32,000 nucleotides of DNA from Methylophaga frappieri (GTDB lineage: Bacteria > Pseudomonadota > Gammaproteobacteria > Nitrosococcales > Methylophagaceae): positions 900,001 through 932,000 of the forward strand of contig NC_017856.1 of NCBI RefSeq assembly GCF_000260965.1, in the 5' to 3' direction. Of the stretch, positions 9,925 through 21,166 are shown piece by piece. Position 1 is the stretch's first letter, and each line of letters opens with the position of its first letter. The position numbers were made by a program, and so were the translations under genes. The notes beneath the pieces were generated by a model. The model was not told the origin of the DNA and did no database searches. It saw nothing but the letters and a program-made list of their open reading frames with translations.

Positions 9925-11175
9925 TCAGAAGTTGCCCTGAAACCAACTTTTCATTCTGGCAAGCATCCCCTTAAAACCTTCCGAAATCGCAGTTTCACTG
10001 CGTCCGGTACTCACTTGTTCATTGCCAAACAGCAATAAGCCCACCCCGGTTGCGTGAATCGGGTTGCGCACGACCTCTACCAGGCCACCGACGTGTTGTG
10101 GCACACCTAGTCTGACTGGGAGATGAAAGACCTCTTCTGCGAGCTCTATCACCCCTTCCATCTTGGCGCTCCCGCCGGTCAACACCACACCCGCCGCAAG
10201 CATTTCCTCAAAACCGCTGCGCCGTAACTCAGCCTGAACCAACATCAGCAATTCTTCATAACGAGGCTCGACTACCTCAGCCAGCGTCTGACGCGCTAAT
10301 TGTCTTGGTGCTCTATCACCAACACTAGGCACTTCAATCGTTTCATCCTCACGGGCTAACTGTGTGAGGGCGCAGGCGTACTTGATCTTGATTTCCTCGG
10401 CATACTGGGTCGGTGTCCGTAAGGCCACTGCAATGTCGTTAGTGACCTGATCACCGGCAATCGGAATCACCGCTGTATGACGAATGGCGCCATCCACAAA
10501 CACCGCAATATCAGAGGTGCCACCGCCAATATCCACCAGACAAACCCCAAGTTCTTTTTCATCGTGACTCAGCACGGAATAGCTCGAGGCCATTTGTTCT
10601 AAAATAATGCCGTCAACCGCCAAACCGCAGCGCTCGATACATTTGGTAATGTTTTGTGCGGCACTCACCGCACCGGTAATCAAATGGACTTTGGCTTCCA
10701 AACGCACCCCTGACATACCGATTGGTTCGCGGATGCCTTCTTGGTTATCGATAATGAATTCTTGTGGTAACACGTGAAGTAATTGTTGATCGCCCGGGAA
10801 ATGCACCGCACGTGCCGCATCCAAAACCCGATCCAGATCGCCTTGTGTGACCTCTTTATCGCGAATCGCCACGGTGCCATGGGAGTTCAAGCTGCGAATA
10901 TGGCTGCCAGCAATGCCGGCGAAAACGGAATGGATTTGGCAGCCCGCCATCAATTCGGCCTCTTCAACCGCTCGTTGGATGGATTGCACGGTTGACTCAA
11001 TGTTGACCACCACCCCTTTTTTCATTCCCCGTGCTGGGTGTGAACCAATACCAATGATTTCCAGTTGGCTTTCGCTTGGCCCAGCGTCAGGAATAGGCGC
11101 GGCAACGATCGCCACCACTTTGGAGGTTCCGATATCCAGTCCGACAATCAGTTCGCGTTCTCGTTTTGACATCAT
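9925..11175 (-). CDS. ftsA: Cell division protein FtsA
   Basis: 416 aa with an actin-like ATPase fold (VGLDIGTSKV, VDIGGGTSD) and a C-terminal amphipathic helix (GMLARMKSWFQGNF). Confidence 0.97.
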   Translation of the reverse strand: MMSKRERELIVGLDIGTSKVVAIVAAPIPDAGPSESQLEIIGIGSHPARGMKKGVVVNIESTVQSIQRAVEEAELMAGCQIHSVFAGIAGSHIRSLNSHGTVAIRDKEVTQGDLDRVLDAARAVHFPGDQQLLHVLPQEFIIDNQEGIREPIGMSGVRLEAKVHLITGAVSAAQNITKCIERCGLAVDGIILEQMASSYSVLSHDEKELGVCLVDIGGGTSDIAVFVDGAIRHTAVIPIAGDQVTNDIAVALRTPTQYAEEIKIKYACALTQLAREDETIEVPSVGDRAPRQLARQTLAEVVEPRYEELLMLVQAELRRSGFEEMLAAGVVLTGGSAKMEGVIELAEEVFHLPVRLGVPQHVGGLVEVVRNPIHATGVGLLLFGNEQVSTGRSETAISEGFKGMLARMKSWFQGNF

Positions 11176-11948
11176 ACGGTTCCGTTAAAATCAGGTTTTT
11201 GATCAGGTTTCCACTGCACTGCCATACCGTTGGTATAGCGCATATCGATAACCGCGATCTGTGCTTGGTAATCGGTTAGCTGCGCCGCATAAACCTTAAT
11301 GAATCGCTGCAGTCTCGCCTCACTGTTGGCGCGTCCCAATCGCAGTTGTAATGAATTTTGGAAAGTCATAGCCCAACTGCGACGTTTATCCATATGCAAG
11401 CTTTTAATTTTCAAGCCAATGCCATTCAAATCGCGCTGCATTGCCACGAGCCGACGAGACATCATTTCACTACTTCCCGTCGGTCCGTAAAGATGGACCA
11501 AACCCGTCGGTAACGTATTCGCTTCGGGATAGAAGACTTGACCACGATGACTAACCAGACCAGCTTTATTCCAACGCGCTACCGCTTGATGCTCTGTCAC
11601 CACCAGATGCAGCGTATCCGGCCAGACGCGTCTAACTTGAATACTTTCAATCCAGGGTAGTGCCTGTGTAACACGTCGAATTGCTGCCACATCAACATCA
11701 ACAAAACTGCCTTTGACGTAAGGCCGAACCGCTTGCTGCAAGACATCCCGATCGGTATGACGAATATCACCTTCAATGGTCACATGTCGCACCGGCAAGG
11801 TGTCATCATCATGTAAGTAATAGCCGCCGCCAATCAGTGCCAATACCGTCATCAAAGCCAACATCACCCGAATCCGCTGTGGCCAATCGACCGTTTGCTG
11901 CGTCTGTGGAAGACGCCGCGTCGCGCCGGCTCGCCGTTGTGCCGCCAT
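11172..11948 (-). CDS. ftsQ: Cell division protein FtsQ
   Basis: Single TM segment (VMLALMTVLALIGGGYYL) followed by a POTRA-like region. The position between ddl and ftsA fits. The preferred start is the ATG at 11948, which overlaps the ddl TAA by 1 nt (TAATG). The track ORF extends to 11990. Confidence 0.88.
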   Translation of the reverse strand: MAAQRRAGATRRLPQTQQTVDWPQRIRVMLALMTVLALIGGGYYLHDDDTLPVRHVTIEGDIRHTDRDVLQQAVRPYVKGSFVDVDVAAIRRVTQALPWIESIQVRRVWPDTLHLVVTEHQAVARWNKAGLVSHRGQVFYPEANTLPTGLVHLYGPTGSSEMMSRRLVAMQRDLNGIGLKIKSLHMDKRRSWAMTFQNSLQLRLGRANSEARLQRFIKVYAAQLTDYQAQIAVIDMRYTNGMAVQWKPDQKPDFNGTV

Positions 11949-12886
11949 TAGTTTTTCTCCTCCAGACTGGTTTCCAAAATGCGCCAACACAACTGTTGGA
12001 AATCCAGTCCGGTTTCTCTGGCCGCCATGGGTACCAGCGAATGATCGGTCATCCCCGGCACGCCATTGGCTTCCAGTAAATAAAAATTACCTTGCTGATC
12101 AGCCATCACATCAACACGTCCCCAGCCTTTCATCTGCAGGGCATTGAAAGCATCTAATGCCAAAGCCTGACAACGTTTTTCCTGTTCTTCTGTCAGCCCG
12201 CAGGGACAGAGATACTCGGTATTGTTGGCATGATATTTAGCTTCAAAGTCATAAAACTCACGGGGTGTCTTGAGTCGAATAACCGGCAAGGCATTGCCTG
12301 CTAGAATGCTGGCGGTATACTCGGCGCCGTTAATCCATTGCTCCGCTATCACATCCTGATCAAACTGCAATGCCAAGCGAATCGCCGCTGCAATCGCTTC
12401 ACCATCAGTCACTTTACTCATGCCAATGCTGGAGCCTTCATGCACGGGCTTGATGACCAAAGGCAGTCCCAGAGCGATAACCAGTTCTTGTGGATCAGTT
12501 TCGGCATTGACCAGCCGGAATTTGGGTGTCGACAATGCTTGCTGCTGCCAGATAAGTTTGCTGATGCGTTTATTCATGGACAGCATGGCCCCTGTCACAC
12601 CACTACCGGTAAACGGAATCGCCATTGCCTGCAGCAATCCTTGAATTTCGCCATCCTCGCCACCACGACCATGCAAAACGATAAAAGCCCGGTCGAACTG
12701 GCCTTCACGCAGCGTGATATCGATATGACTGTCCACATCAATACCGACTGCTTCGACGCCTTTTGCCAATAATGCGGATAACACCGCATTACCACTTTTC
12801 AGTGAAATCTCTCGTTCAGCGCTGCGGCCGCCCATCAATACCGCAACCCGACCAAACGCTTTAGGATCTGTGATCTGATCCATCAT
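11948..12886 (-). CDS. ddl: D-alanine--D-alanine ligase
   Basis: 312 aa with ATP-grasp motifs (VAVLMGGRSAEREISLKSG, FIVLHGRGGEDG, LLEANGVPGMT). The start overlaps the murB stop (ATGA). Confidence 0.96.
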   Translation of the reverse strand: MMDQITDPKAFGRVAVLMGGRSAEREISLKSGNAVLSALLAKGVEAVGIDVDSHIDITLREGQFDRAFIVLHGRGGEDGEIQGLLQAMAIPFTGSGVTGAMLSMNKRISKLIWQQQALSTPKFRLVNAETDPQELVIALGLPLVIKPVHEGSSIGMSKVTDGEAIAAAIRLALQFDQDVIAEQWINGAEYTASILAGNALPVIRLKTPREFYDFEAKYHANNTEYLCPCGLTEEQEKRCQALALDAFNALQMKGWGRVDVMADQQGNFYLLEANGVPGMTDHSLVPMAARETGLDFQQLCWRILETSLEEKN

Positions 12887-13773
12887 GCCTGCTCTCCAAC
12901 AATATGAACTTCGGGGGTCAATAACACGCCGTGCTTGGCTTCAACCTGTTGCTGTACTTTTAAAATCAATGCCTCAACATCCGCTGCCATCGCAGATCCA
13001 TCGTTAACAATAAAATTGGCGTGCTTCTCTGACACACTGGCACCACCTATCCGTACCCCCTTCAAGTCAGCAGACTCAATCAACCTGCCGGCAAAATCAC
13101 CCGGTGGATTACGAAACACCGAACCCGCACAGGGTTGATTGGCTGGCTGGCTACTATTGCGCTTACGCAGTAACTGCTTAATCAAGTTAGATTCGACCTG
13201 CTTATCGCCCGGGCTAAAACGCAGTGTTGCTGAAACAAACCACTCACCTTCCGGCAATTTGACATGACGATAGGCTGTATCGAACGCCTCAGCAGGTCGC
13301 TGCATCAATTCTCCATGCCGATTAACTGTTGTTACCGAAGTCACAAACTGCCAGGTTTCACTGCCATGCGCTCCCGCATTCATGGCAAGCGCTCCACCCA
13401 ATGTGCCAGGGATACCGGACATAAATGCTGCGCCTTGCAAGCCCTGACGTGCTGCTTGTTTGGCGATACGACTGCAATACACACCTGCTTCGGCATGCAA
13501 TAAATTACCGTCAAATTGCATTGCCTTGAGCGTGCCAGAGGTAGAGATGACCGTGCCGTCAAATCCTTTGTCTCGCACTAATAAATTACTGCCTAAACCT
13601 AGCCATAACAGTGGCTCATCGGCAGGGAGTTGCTGCAGAAATCTTGCTAAGTCTGCCTGATCGAATGGCCGATAAAATTGTTTTGCCGGGCCGCCCACCC
13701 GCCATGAGGTATGTGATGACAACGGCTCATTGGTACGCAGTTCACCTTGCAAAACTGGTTGCTGGTCAGTCAT
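12883..13773 (-). CDS. murB: UDP-N-acetylenolpyruvoylglucosamine reductase MurB
   Basis: 296 aa with an FAD-binding N-terminal region (TSWRVGGPAKQF, LGLGSNLLV) and GSVFRNP. It lies between murC and ddl. Confidence 0.95.
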   Translation of the reverse strand: MTDQQPVLQGELRTNEPLSSHTSWRVGGPAKQFYRPFDQADLARFLQQLPADEPLLWLGLGSNLLVRDKGFDGTVISTSGTLKAMQFDGNLLHAEAGVYCSRIAKQAARQGLQGAAFMSGIPGTLGGALAMNAGAHGSETWQFVTSVTTVNRHGELMQRPAEAFDTAYRHVKLPEGEWFVSATLRFSPGDKQVESNLIKQLLRKRNSSQPANQPCAGSVFRNPPGDFAGRLIESADLKGVRIGGASVSEKHANFIVNDGSAMAADVEALILKVQQQVEAKHGVLLTPEVHIVGEQA

Positions 13774-15194
13774 CAGGATACGCTCTCCATTGTGCTGTCC
13801 AACTCGCGCGCAATGCTGCCAATATCGCCCGCCCCCAAAGTCATGACCAGATCACCGTCTGACAGTAATCCGGGCAAAATTTCAAACAATGCCGCCTTAT
13901 CTTCTGCAAATACGGGTTCAACCTGCCCTCTTAACCGAATGGCACGACACAGGCTGCGTGCATCGGCACCGGCAATTTTGTTTTCACCGGCAGGATAGAC
14001 TTCAAGCACTACCAGTACGTCAGTCGCTGACAGCACCTGTGCGAAGTCTTCAAATAAATCTCTTGTTCGGGTGTAACGATGTGGTTGAAAAATGACCACG
14101 AGACGTTTATCAGGCCACCCAGCTCTGGCAGCCGCCAAGGTAGCAGCGATTTCCGTCGGATGATGTCCATAGTCATCTACCAACATGATTTCGCTACCAC
14201 TGACCGTTACTTTATTACCCAGCACATTAAAGCGACGACCAACACCGTCAAACTTGCTCAAGGCGGATTGACAAGCCTCAACGCTAACGCCCAAATTACG
14301 CGCCACAGCTATTGCTGCAGCGGCATTCAAGGCATTGTGCAAACCCGGCATATTCAGGGTGATGAAATAACGACTGCCAGTTTGCTGCTCAGTAATCGTG
14401 AAATTACTCTGCCCCTGGTGCTGATTCAGTTCAGATAATTGAAAATCCGCTTCTGCACTTTCGCCATAGGTGATAAATGGGCGTGTTAGTTCTGGCAAAA
14501 CACTGACAACTTCCGGATCATCAATACACATGACGGCAAGACCATAAAACGGCAAATGATGCAAAAACTCGATAAAGGTCGCTTTTAATTTATTGAAGTC
14601 GCCCGCATAAGTGGCCATGTGGTCATCGTCAATATTGGTCACCACCGCAATCATCGGCTGCAGATATAAAAAAGAAGCATCACTTTCATCTGCTTCTGCG
14701 ACCAGATAGCGCCCTGTTCCCAATCGCGCATTACTGCCGGCACTATTTAGTCGTCCTCCAATCACAAATGTCGGATCCAGCTCACCCTCACTGAGTACCG
14801 CCGCAATTAAACTGGTTGTTGTGGTTTTACCATGCGTACCCGCGACAGCGATGCCGTAACTGAAACGCATGAGCTCAGCCAGCATTTCTGCTCTGGGCAC
14901 AACTGGAATACGTTGTTCTCGTGCCGCTTGCAGCTCGATATTGTCGTCACTCACCGCCGTAGTGACAACCACCACATCAGCTCCAGCCAAGTAGGCAGGA
15001 TCGTGACCAATCTGAATATCCGCACCACATTGACGCAAGTGCAGGATCAGATTGTTTTCCGCTAAATCACTACCACTTACCCGATAGCCCAAGTTCAGCA
15101 AGACTTCGGCAATGCCACCCATGCCGACACCGCCAATGCCAATGAAGTGAATATGTTTAACCCGACTTTGCATTGCCGCAGTTAGCTTAGCCAT
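13773..15194 (-). CDS. murC: UDP-N-acetylmuramate--L-alanine ligase MurC
   Basis: Mur ligase motifs are present ([25 protein letters not shown]). The preferred start is the ATG at 15194 ([17 protein letters not shown]...), preceded by GGAGG at 6-nt spacing and overlapping the murG 3' end by 8 nt. The track ORF runs on to 15260. Confidence 0.93.
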   Translation of the reverse strand: MAKLTAAMQSRVKHIHFIGIGGVGMGGIAEVLLNLGYRVSGSDLAENNLILHLRQCGADIQIGHDPAYLAGADVVVVTTAVSDDNIELQAAREQRIPVVPRAEMLAELMRFSYGIAVAGTHGKTTTTSLIAAVLSEGELDPTFVIGGRLNSAGSNARLGTGRYLVAEADESDASFLYLQPMIAVVTNIDDDHMATYAGDFNKLKATFIEFLHHLPFYGLAVMCIDDPEVVSVLPELTRPFITYGESAEADFQLSELNQHQGQSNFTITEQQTGSRYFITLNMPGLHNALNAAAAIAVARNLGVSVEACQSALSKFDGVGRRFNVLGNKVTVSGSEIMLVDDYGHHPTEIAATLAAARAGWPDKRLVVIFQPHRYTRTRDLFEDFAQVLSATDVLVVLEVYPAGENKIAGADARSLCRAIRLRGQVEPVFAEDKAALFEILPGLLSDGDLVMTLGAGDIGSIARELDSTMESVS

Positions 15195-16260
15195 TGGCGA
15201 CCTCCAAACAACGTGCAGCAATGGCATTGGCACTGCCTGTTCTTGCCAGCGTTCTGGCATTTTCGGCCATGGTCAGTAAGCGTTGCCGATCCTGACTAAA
15301 GTCATTGAGCAATGCTGATAAGGCCGCAACGGTCAGCGTTTTATCGTCAACCAAAATGGCAGCACCACAATCAGCCAAAGCACTGGCATTTGCTGTTTGA
15401 TGATCGTCTACCGCATAAGGATAAGGCACCAGAATCGCCGCCACGCCGGCAGCCGCAATTTCAGCAACGGTTAATGCGCCAGCGCGACAAATGACCAAAT
15501 CTGCCTCAGCATAAGCGGCGGCCATATCAGTAATAAACGTGACGACTTGCGCCGACACCTCTGCATCTTGGTAGGCCTGTTGCGCCATACTGAGATGTTT
15601 TTCACCACACTGGTGCTGAATAACGGGTCGTTGTGACTCTGCTAAACAGGCTACCGCTGCCGGTACAACACGATTCAAGCTCTGTGCACCCAGACTTCCA
15701 CCTAATACCAATATTTTCAAAGGACCCTGACGTCCGGAAAACCGCTCAGCCGGCACTGCCATTGATTCAATTTGCTGGCGTACCGGATTGCCGACCCAGG
15801 TTGTTTTTTTGCCTGAAAAACTGTTTTCAAAACCAAGCAACACTTGTTTTGATAAGGGTGCCAACAACTTATTGGTTAACCCAGCAATGGCGTTTTGCTC
15901 ATGAATCACGACGGGAATCCGGCTCAGCCATGCCGCAACACCACCGGGCCCAGAAGCAAATCCACCGAGCCCCAACACCACATCAGGCTGAAACGCTTTA
16001 ATGATTTTTCTTGCCTCGGCAATGGCTTTTAACAAACGTAGCGGCGCCATTAGCCAGCCAGTCAACCCATTGCCTCTCAGCCCCTGCGCTGAAATACAAT
16101 GCAACGTGATTCCAGCCTCAGGCACGAGTCGGTATTCAATGCCACGGCGTGTCCCTATCCAGGCCACGGACACCTGTTGATCACGCAATACTTCCGCAAC
16201 CGCTAACGCAGGAAACACATGTCCCCCGGTACCGCCAGCCATGATCAATACTTTTTTCAT
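15187..16260 (-). CDS. murG: Undecaprenyldiphospho-muramoylpentapeptide beta-N-acetylglucosaminyltransferase MurG
   Basis: 357 aa with the N-terminal G-loop [15 protein letters not shown]. It has the GT28 architecture and lies between ftsW and murC. Confidence 0.96.
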   Translation of the reverse strand: MKKVLIMAGGTGGHVFPALAVAEVLRDQQVSVAWIGTRRGIEYRLVPEAGITLHCISAQGLRGNGLTGWLMAPLRLLKAIAEARKIIKAFQPDVVLGLGGFASGPGGVAAWLSRIPVVIHEQNAIAGLTNKLLAPLSKQVLLGFENSFSGKKTTWVGNPVRQQIESMAVPAERFSGRQGPLKILVLGGSLGAQSLNRVVPAAVACLAESQRPVIQHQCGEKHLSMAQQAYQDAEVSAQVVTFITDMAAAYAEADLVICRAGALTVAEIAAAGVAAILVPYPYAVDDHQTANASALADCGAAILVDDKTLTVAALSALLNDFSQDRQRLLTMAENARTLARTGSANAIAARCLEVANG

Positions 16261-17386
16261 CGCCTGACCCTCGCCGCTGCCATTTCAGGCTGTTTTGTTT
16301 CCAGGTCAACGCGTAACAACAAGGCAATGGCGAGACAGACAATTACCAAACTACTGCCACCGTAGCTCATCAGCGGTAAAGTCAGCCCTTTGGTTGGCAA
16401 AGCCCCCATGTTAACGCCCATGTTGACGCAAGCCTGAATCCCTAACCAGATGCCTATTCCGTAGGCGAGTTGCGCGCCAAAGTGCTGCCCGGCTAATTCG
16501 GCAGCCCGGCCCACTTTTAAAGCACGCCAAATGAAGACGAAAAACAAGGCAATTACCGCCAATGCACCAATTAGCCCAAGCTCCTCAGCAATGATGGAAT
16601 ACAAAAAGTCAGTGTGGGCTTCCGGCAAATAAAACAGCTTTTGCATACTGCTGCCCAGCCCGACTCCCAGCCAATCACCACGGCCAAATGCAATCAAGGC
16701 TTGCGTTAACTGAAAGCCACTGCCAAAAGGATCTGCCCAAGGATCCATAAAACTTTGCAGTCGCTGCAAACGATACGGTGCCAACATGACCAACAGATAA
16801 AATAAACCGCTTAAAATACCTATCATCAGGCCGAAAATACTGAGTCTCGCGCCGCCTAGAAACAACATAGTCACGACTGTCGATAAGATCACCACAATGG
16901 AACCCATATCGGGTTGCAGCAACATCAGGAAGGAAGCGATCCCCAAGAAAAGCATCGGTACGATAATGCTGGACATCGCAGTTTTGACCTGGCCCTGATG
17001 ACGTTGCAGATAATCAGCGATATAAATAATGGCAAACAACTTGATAAGCTCTGCCACCTGTAAATTGACTGGCCCAAGTGGCAGCCAGCGTGCACTACCA
17101 TTGACCTCACGGCCAATACCGGGAATTAACACCAGTGCCAGCAGGATGATGCCAACCAGTAACAGTTGGGGTGCTAATTGTTGCCAGACAGAGAGCCGCA
17201 CAGATAAGACAGCAGCACCAACGCCAAAACCGAGAATGGCATAGACTGTCTGTCTAAAAAATAATACAACGGCTGACCCGACTGGCTTTCCGCCATCGTA
17301 ATCGAAGCTGAACATACCATGATAAGGCCAATCATCAGCAGTGCCAAAGTGCTGAAAACAATATGCCGATCGAATTCGCGAATCAT
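16257..17386 (-). CDS. ftsW: SEDS peptidoglycan glycosyltransferase FtsW, reading frame interrupted by an apparent 1-nt frameshift at 17255..17261
   Basis: The N-terminal 44 aa ([44 protein letters not shown]) are in the frame of ORF 17174..17386, whose ATG overlaps the murD TGA (ATGA). The rest (..FFRQTVYAILGFGVG...LPTKGLTLPLMSYGGSS..) is in the frame of ORF 16257..17501. The frames join at a T6 run on the coding strand. One extra T would give an uninterrupted FtsW of about 376 aa. Confidence 0.85.
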
Positions 17387-18732
17387 GGCTGCAACTCCCT
17401 GACAGCGTGTTCGAATTGCTGTCCGCGATCAACATAACTGCTGAACATATCAAAGCTGGCACATGCTGGTGAGAGTAAAACCTGCATACCAGATTCGGCA
17501 ATCAAAGCTGCCTTGTTAACGGCCGCTTTAAGAGAATTGGCGACCTCACGAATGACTGAACCAGGTACCACCTCAGCAATCAACTCAGCTGCGTCACCAA
17601 TCAATACCACCGCATGCGCATGACGTTCCAGTACCGGCGTCAAGGCATCAAATTGCTGACCCTTACCAACACCACCCAAAATCACGACCTGCTTACCGTT
17701 TGCTGACAATCCTTCAATCGCTGCCAGCGTCGCGCCGACGTTGGTTGCTTTCGAGTCGTTATACCATTTGACGCCACGGCGTTCTCTCACCAACCGACAC
17801 CGGTGCGGCAAGCCTTTAAACTCTCGCAAAGCCGATAACATGGCGCTGGTCGACAATCCCATCACATTGCCTAGTGCCAGCGCAGCCAGAGCATTAGACA
17901 GGTTATGTTGGCCTGCAATCTTAAGTTCATTGACGGACAGCAGTTCATAATCACCCTGACAAATCCACCAGCTGTCGTCGACGCTACGTAATCCAAAGTC
18001 TGGACCATCACACGGTTTGAGACTAAAACCGACAATCTGCCGCTGATTGTCAGCCAAGGCCATGACGACCGGATCATCACGATTGACAACCATGACACCG
18101 TCACCTTGGAAAATACGTGCTTTGGCCGCAATATATTCATTAAGACTATCGTACCGGTCTAAATGATCTGCACTGATGTTGAGTACGGCAGCAGCAAACG
18201 CGTTGAGACTGCGAACAGTTTCAAGCTGAAAACTGGACAATTCAAGAATGTAGAAATCCGGTACCGGCTGACTCAATAATTCCAATGCTGGCGTCCCCAG
18301 ATTGCCGCCCGCCAGAACTTGCCGTCCGGACAGCTGTGCCATCAGCGTGACCAGGGTCGTTACCGTACTTTTTCCATTGGAGCCGGTTATCGCGATCACC
18401 GGCGCCTTGGCATATCGGGCAAATAATTCAATATCACCAACAATTTCAACGCCGGCAGCCCGCGCTGTCTGGATTTCCGGTAAACGGGGGTCAATCCCCG
18501 GACTCAAGACGATTTGACCGGCCTGTAGCAGCCAATCAGCAGACAAACCACCCGTATGAATGAGAACTTCGGGATGGTTCTGCTGGATTGTCACCAGTTC
18601 AGGTGGCTGTTCCCGCGTATCCATCATCGCTACATCAACGCCCTGCTCAAGCATAAATCGTGCACAAGCCAAGCCGGTTTGTCCCAAACCGACAATCACA
18701 CAGTTTTTTGGCAGGATCGCGTTCGTCGTCAT
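17383..18732 (-). CDS. murD: UDP-N-acetylmuramoylalanine--D-glutamate ligase MurD
   Basis: Contains the Rossmann-like [15 protein letters not shown] and the Mur ligase P-loop ITGSNGKST. The preferred start is the ATG at 18732 (MTTNAILPK...), which overlaps the mraY TGA (ATGA). The track ORF extends to 18786. Confidence 0.94.
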   Translation of the reverse strand: MTTNAILPKNCVIVGLGQTGLACARFMLEQGVDVAMMDTREQPPELVTIQQNHPEVLIHTGGLSADWLLQAGQIVLSPGIDPRLPEIQTARAAGVEIVGDIELFARYAKAPVIAITGSNGKSTVTTLVTLMAQLSGRQVLAGGNLGTPALELLSQPVPDFYILELSSFQLETVRSLNAFAAAVLNISADHLDRYDSLNEYIAAKARIFQGDGVMVVNRDDPVVMALADNQRQIVGFSLKPCDGPDFGLRSVDDSWWICQGDYELLSVNELKIAGQHNLSNALAALALGNVMGLSTSAMLSALREFKGLPHRCRLVRERRGVKWYNDSKATNVGATLAAIEGLSANGKQVVILGGVGKGQQFDALTPVLERHAHAVVLIGDAAELIAEVVPGSVIREVANSLKAAVNKAALIAESGMQVLLSPACASFDMFSSYVDRGQQFEHAVRELQP

Positions 18733-19811
18733 CTTATTTTCAACGTCGCCAGACCGATTAACACGAGGAAAACGGTAATGATCCAAAAGCGCACGATAAT
18801 GCGCGGCTCAGGCCATCCCTTAAGTTCGTAGTGATGATGAATCGGGGCCATTAAAAACACCCGCTTGCCTCGCAGTTTGTATGAGGCAACCTGAATCATG
18901 ACGGACAAGGTCTCCACCACGAATACCCCACCCATGATCAGTAAAACCAATTCCTGCCGAACAATGACGGCAACAACGCCCAGCGCTGCGCCCAGTGCTA
19001 AGGCGCCAACATCCCCCATGAAAACCTGCGCTGGATAAGTGTTAAACCAGAGAAAACCTAAGCCAGCACCCACCATCGCAGCACAAAAAATCGTTAATTC
19101 ACCACTCCCCGGCACGAATGGAATTTGCAGATACCGTGAAAACTCCGCATGACCAGAAACATAAGCAAATAAACCCAATGCAGCCCCAACCATGACCGTA
19201 GGCATAATCGCCAGCCCATCGAGCCCATCCGTCAGATTGACCGCATTGCTACTCCCGACAATAACCAAGTACGTCAGCAGCAGATACCAACCGCCAAGGG
19301 GGATCAGAATTTCTTTAAAAAACGGGACGATTAATGTGGTTTCAGCGGGGACCGTGGCAGAAAAGTACAAAAATGCAGCCGCACCGCCACCAACAACTGA
19401 CTGCCAGAAATATTTATATCGGCTAATCAACCCCTTGGCATCCTGACGGACTAATTTAATGTAATCATCCACAAAGCCGATGACACCGAATAGTAGCGTC
19501 ACCAGTAACACCACCCACACATAGCGATTACCCAAATCTGCCCATAGCAAGGTGCTAATAGCAATGGCAACCAGAATCAGCGATCCCCCCATTGTTGGGG
19601 TGCCTTTTTTGGTGAAATGACTTTCCGGTCCGTCTTGACGTACCACCTGACCAATCTGCCGAAAGCTCAAATGCCGAATCATTACTGGGCCGACCAGCAA
19701 GGCGATGCCTAACGCAGTCATCACGCCAAGAATGGCACGCAAAGTCAGATACTGAAAAACATGGAAGCCACTGTAAAACTGGCTCAGATATTCACTTAGA
19801 AACAATAACAT
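18729..19811 (-). CDS. mraY: Phospho-N-acetylmuramoyl-pentapeptide transferase MraY
   Basis: 360 aa polytopic membrane protein with the conserved segments [22 protein letters not shown] and [12 protein letters not shown]. Confidence 0.97.
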   Translation of the reverse strand: MLLFLSEYLSQFYSGFHVFQYLTLRAILGVMTALGIALLVGPVMIRHLSFRQIGQVVRQDGPESHFTKKGTPTMGGSLILVAIAISTLLWADLGNRYVWVVLLVTLLFGVIGFVDDYIKLVRQDAKGLISRYKYFWQSVVGGGAAAFLYFSATVPAETTLIVPFFKEILIPLGGWYLLLTYLVIVGSSNAVNLTDGLDGLAIMPTVMVGAALGLFAYVSGHAEFSRYLQIPFVPGSGELTIFCAAMVGAGLGFLWFNTYPAQVFMGDVGALALGAALGVVAVIVRQELVLLIMGGVFVVETLSVMIQVASYKLRGKRVFLMAPIHHHYELKGWPEPRIIVRFWIITVFLVLIGLATLKIR

Positions 19812-21166
19812 CAGCGTCCTCCTCCACTGACCAGCAAGTCGGCCAGTTTGTCGAGTTGCATAAATCGTGAGCCTTTAATCAAACACGTCACCCCAGCAGC
19901 AAGTTGCCGCTGAAGCGCTTCCTGAAGAGCCTCGATATTTTCAAAATGTTGGCTGCCTTTACCGAACTGTTTCGCGGCAAGCACACTTTGCGACCCCACC
20001 GTAAACAATTTTTCAATCCCTGCCAGACGGGCGTCTTCACCCATCTGCTGGTGGATTTGCTCGCTGCCTTCGCCTAACTCAGCAAAATCACCCAGCACCA
20101 ACCAGCGCGCACCCGAAAAATGCTTCAACGTCTGTAATGCTTCGGTAAAAGAGCCCGGGTTGGCGTTATAGGTATCGTCAATCAAAATTGCTTGTGTTGC
20201 TGCAGTTCTGATTTGCAGACGATGCGGCACTGGCTTCATGCTGGCCAGACCTTTGAGCATGTCTTCAGCCGCGACATCCAGTGTCTGACAGACCGCAATC
20301 GCTGCGAGTGCGTTGCAAATATTATGTGGCCCGGGTAACGGCAAACTGACAAAGTGACAGACATCATCTAAGCGCACCATAAAATGGCTGCCTGCAGGGG
20401 TAGACTGACAATCCAGCGCAGTAATTTCGGCCTCGTCATGCAGACCAAAAGTGATCTGATCACGTGTTCCGATCTGCGATTTCCAGATAGTCTGATAGGG
20501 CATACCTGCATTGATAACGGCCGTGCCTGATTTTGACAGGCCGACAAATATTTCCCCTTTTGCTTTGGCTATGCCTTCCAGCGTGCCAAAGCCCTCCAGA
20601 TGCGCTGCGGCAATATTATTGATAACCGCTATATCAGGTTGCGCTATCTCGGCCAGCAACGTCATTTCGCCCGGGTGATTTATGCCCATTTCGACCACAG
20701 CATATTGATGTTCTGCTTTAAGCCGCGTAAGCGTAAGTGGCACACCAAGGTCATTGTTAAAATTGCCTTGAGTGGCAATCACATGATGCCGTTGCGACAA
20801 TATGGCATGAATCATTTCTTTGACGGTGGTTTTACCATTGCTGCCGGTCACACCGATAATGGTCGCTTGACTCTGTTGGCGCCAAATTTTGGCTAATTGC
20901 TGATAAGCCAACCGCACATCTGCTACACAAAGTTGCGGTAAGGGATCCTCAACCTGCCGGCTCACCAGCGCTGCAACTGCTCCAGCCTCACGAGCCGAGG
21001 CAAGATAGTCATGCCCATCTACCTGTTCACCGGCAAGGGCAATAAATAAATCCCCTTTTTTGACTTTCCGGCTGTCTATGGCTGTGCCAGTGACGTTGAT
21101 GTCTGCCACCTGAATAGCACCATTCAACTGAGTTGCCAGTTGCTGCAATGTCATCGGCAAACTCAT
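19811..21166 (-). CDS. murF: UDP-N-acetylmuramoyl-tripeptide--D-alanyl-D-alanine ligase MurF
   Basis: 451 aa with the Mur ligase P-loop [12 protein letters not shown] and DDTYNANP. It lies between murE and mraY. Confidence 0.95.
   Translation of the reverse strand: MSLPMTLQQLATQLNGAIQVADINVTGTAIDSRKVKKGDLFIALAGEQVDGHDYLASAREAGAVAALVSRQVEDPLPQLCVADVRLAYQQLAKIWRQQSQATIIGVTGSNGKTTVKEMIHAILSQRHHVIATQGNFNNDLGVPLTLTRLKAEHQYAVVEMGINHPGEMTLLAEIAQPDIAVINNIAAAHLEGFGTLEGIAKAKGEIFVGLSKSGTAVINAGMPYQTIWKSQIGTRDQITFGLHDEAEITALDCQSTPAGSHFMVRLDDVCHFVSLPLPGPHNICNALAAIAVCQTLDVAAEDMLKGLASMKPVPHRLQIRTAATQAILIDDTYNANPGSFTEALQTLKHFSGARWLVLGDFAELGEGSEQIHQQMGEDARLAGIEKLFTVGSQSVLAAKQFGKGSQHFENIEALQEALQRQLAAGVTCLIKGSRFMQLDKLADLLVSGGGR

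Noticed and set aside
15195-15260. N-terminal extensions of murC (to 15260), murD (to 18786), ftsQ (to 11990) and the DciA-like and PilZ ORFs (from 7253 and 30981).
   Set aside because: In each case an internal ATG has a proper SD and/or forms an ATGA or TAATG junction with the upstream gene. The protein from that ATG matches the family N-terminus. The extensions are read-through of the open frame into the neighbouring gene.
17160-17254. Possible stimulatory RNA structure downstream of the T TTT TTA site in ftsW. GACAGACAG, immediately 3' of the heptamer, could pair with CTGTCT or CTGTCTG about 45 to 70 nt further on.
   Set aside because: The spacer between the slippery site and the stem would be 0 to 2 nt rather than the usual 5 to 9 nt. 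The pairing is short with a very large loop. This is not convincing evidence for programmed frameshifting, so a homopolymer error remains the default.
16257-17501. The 414-aa track ORF read as a long FtsW with an extended N-terminus ([13 protein letters not shown]...).
   Set aside because: The first 80 or so residues are just the open alternative frame across the murD 3' end and the frameshifted ftsW 5' end. They do not resemble FtsW. The genuine N-terminus is in the other frame, starting at 17386 with an ATGA overlap to murD.
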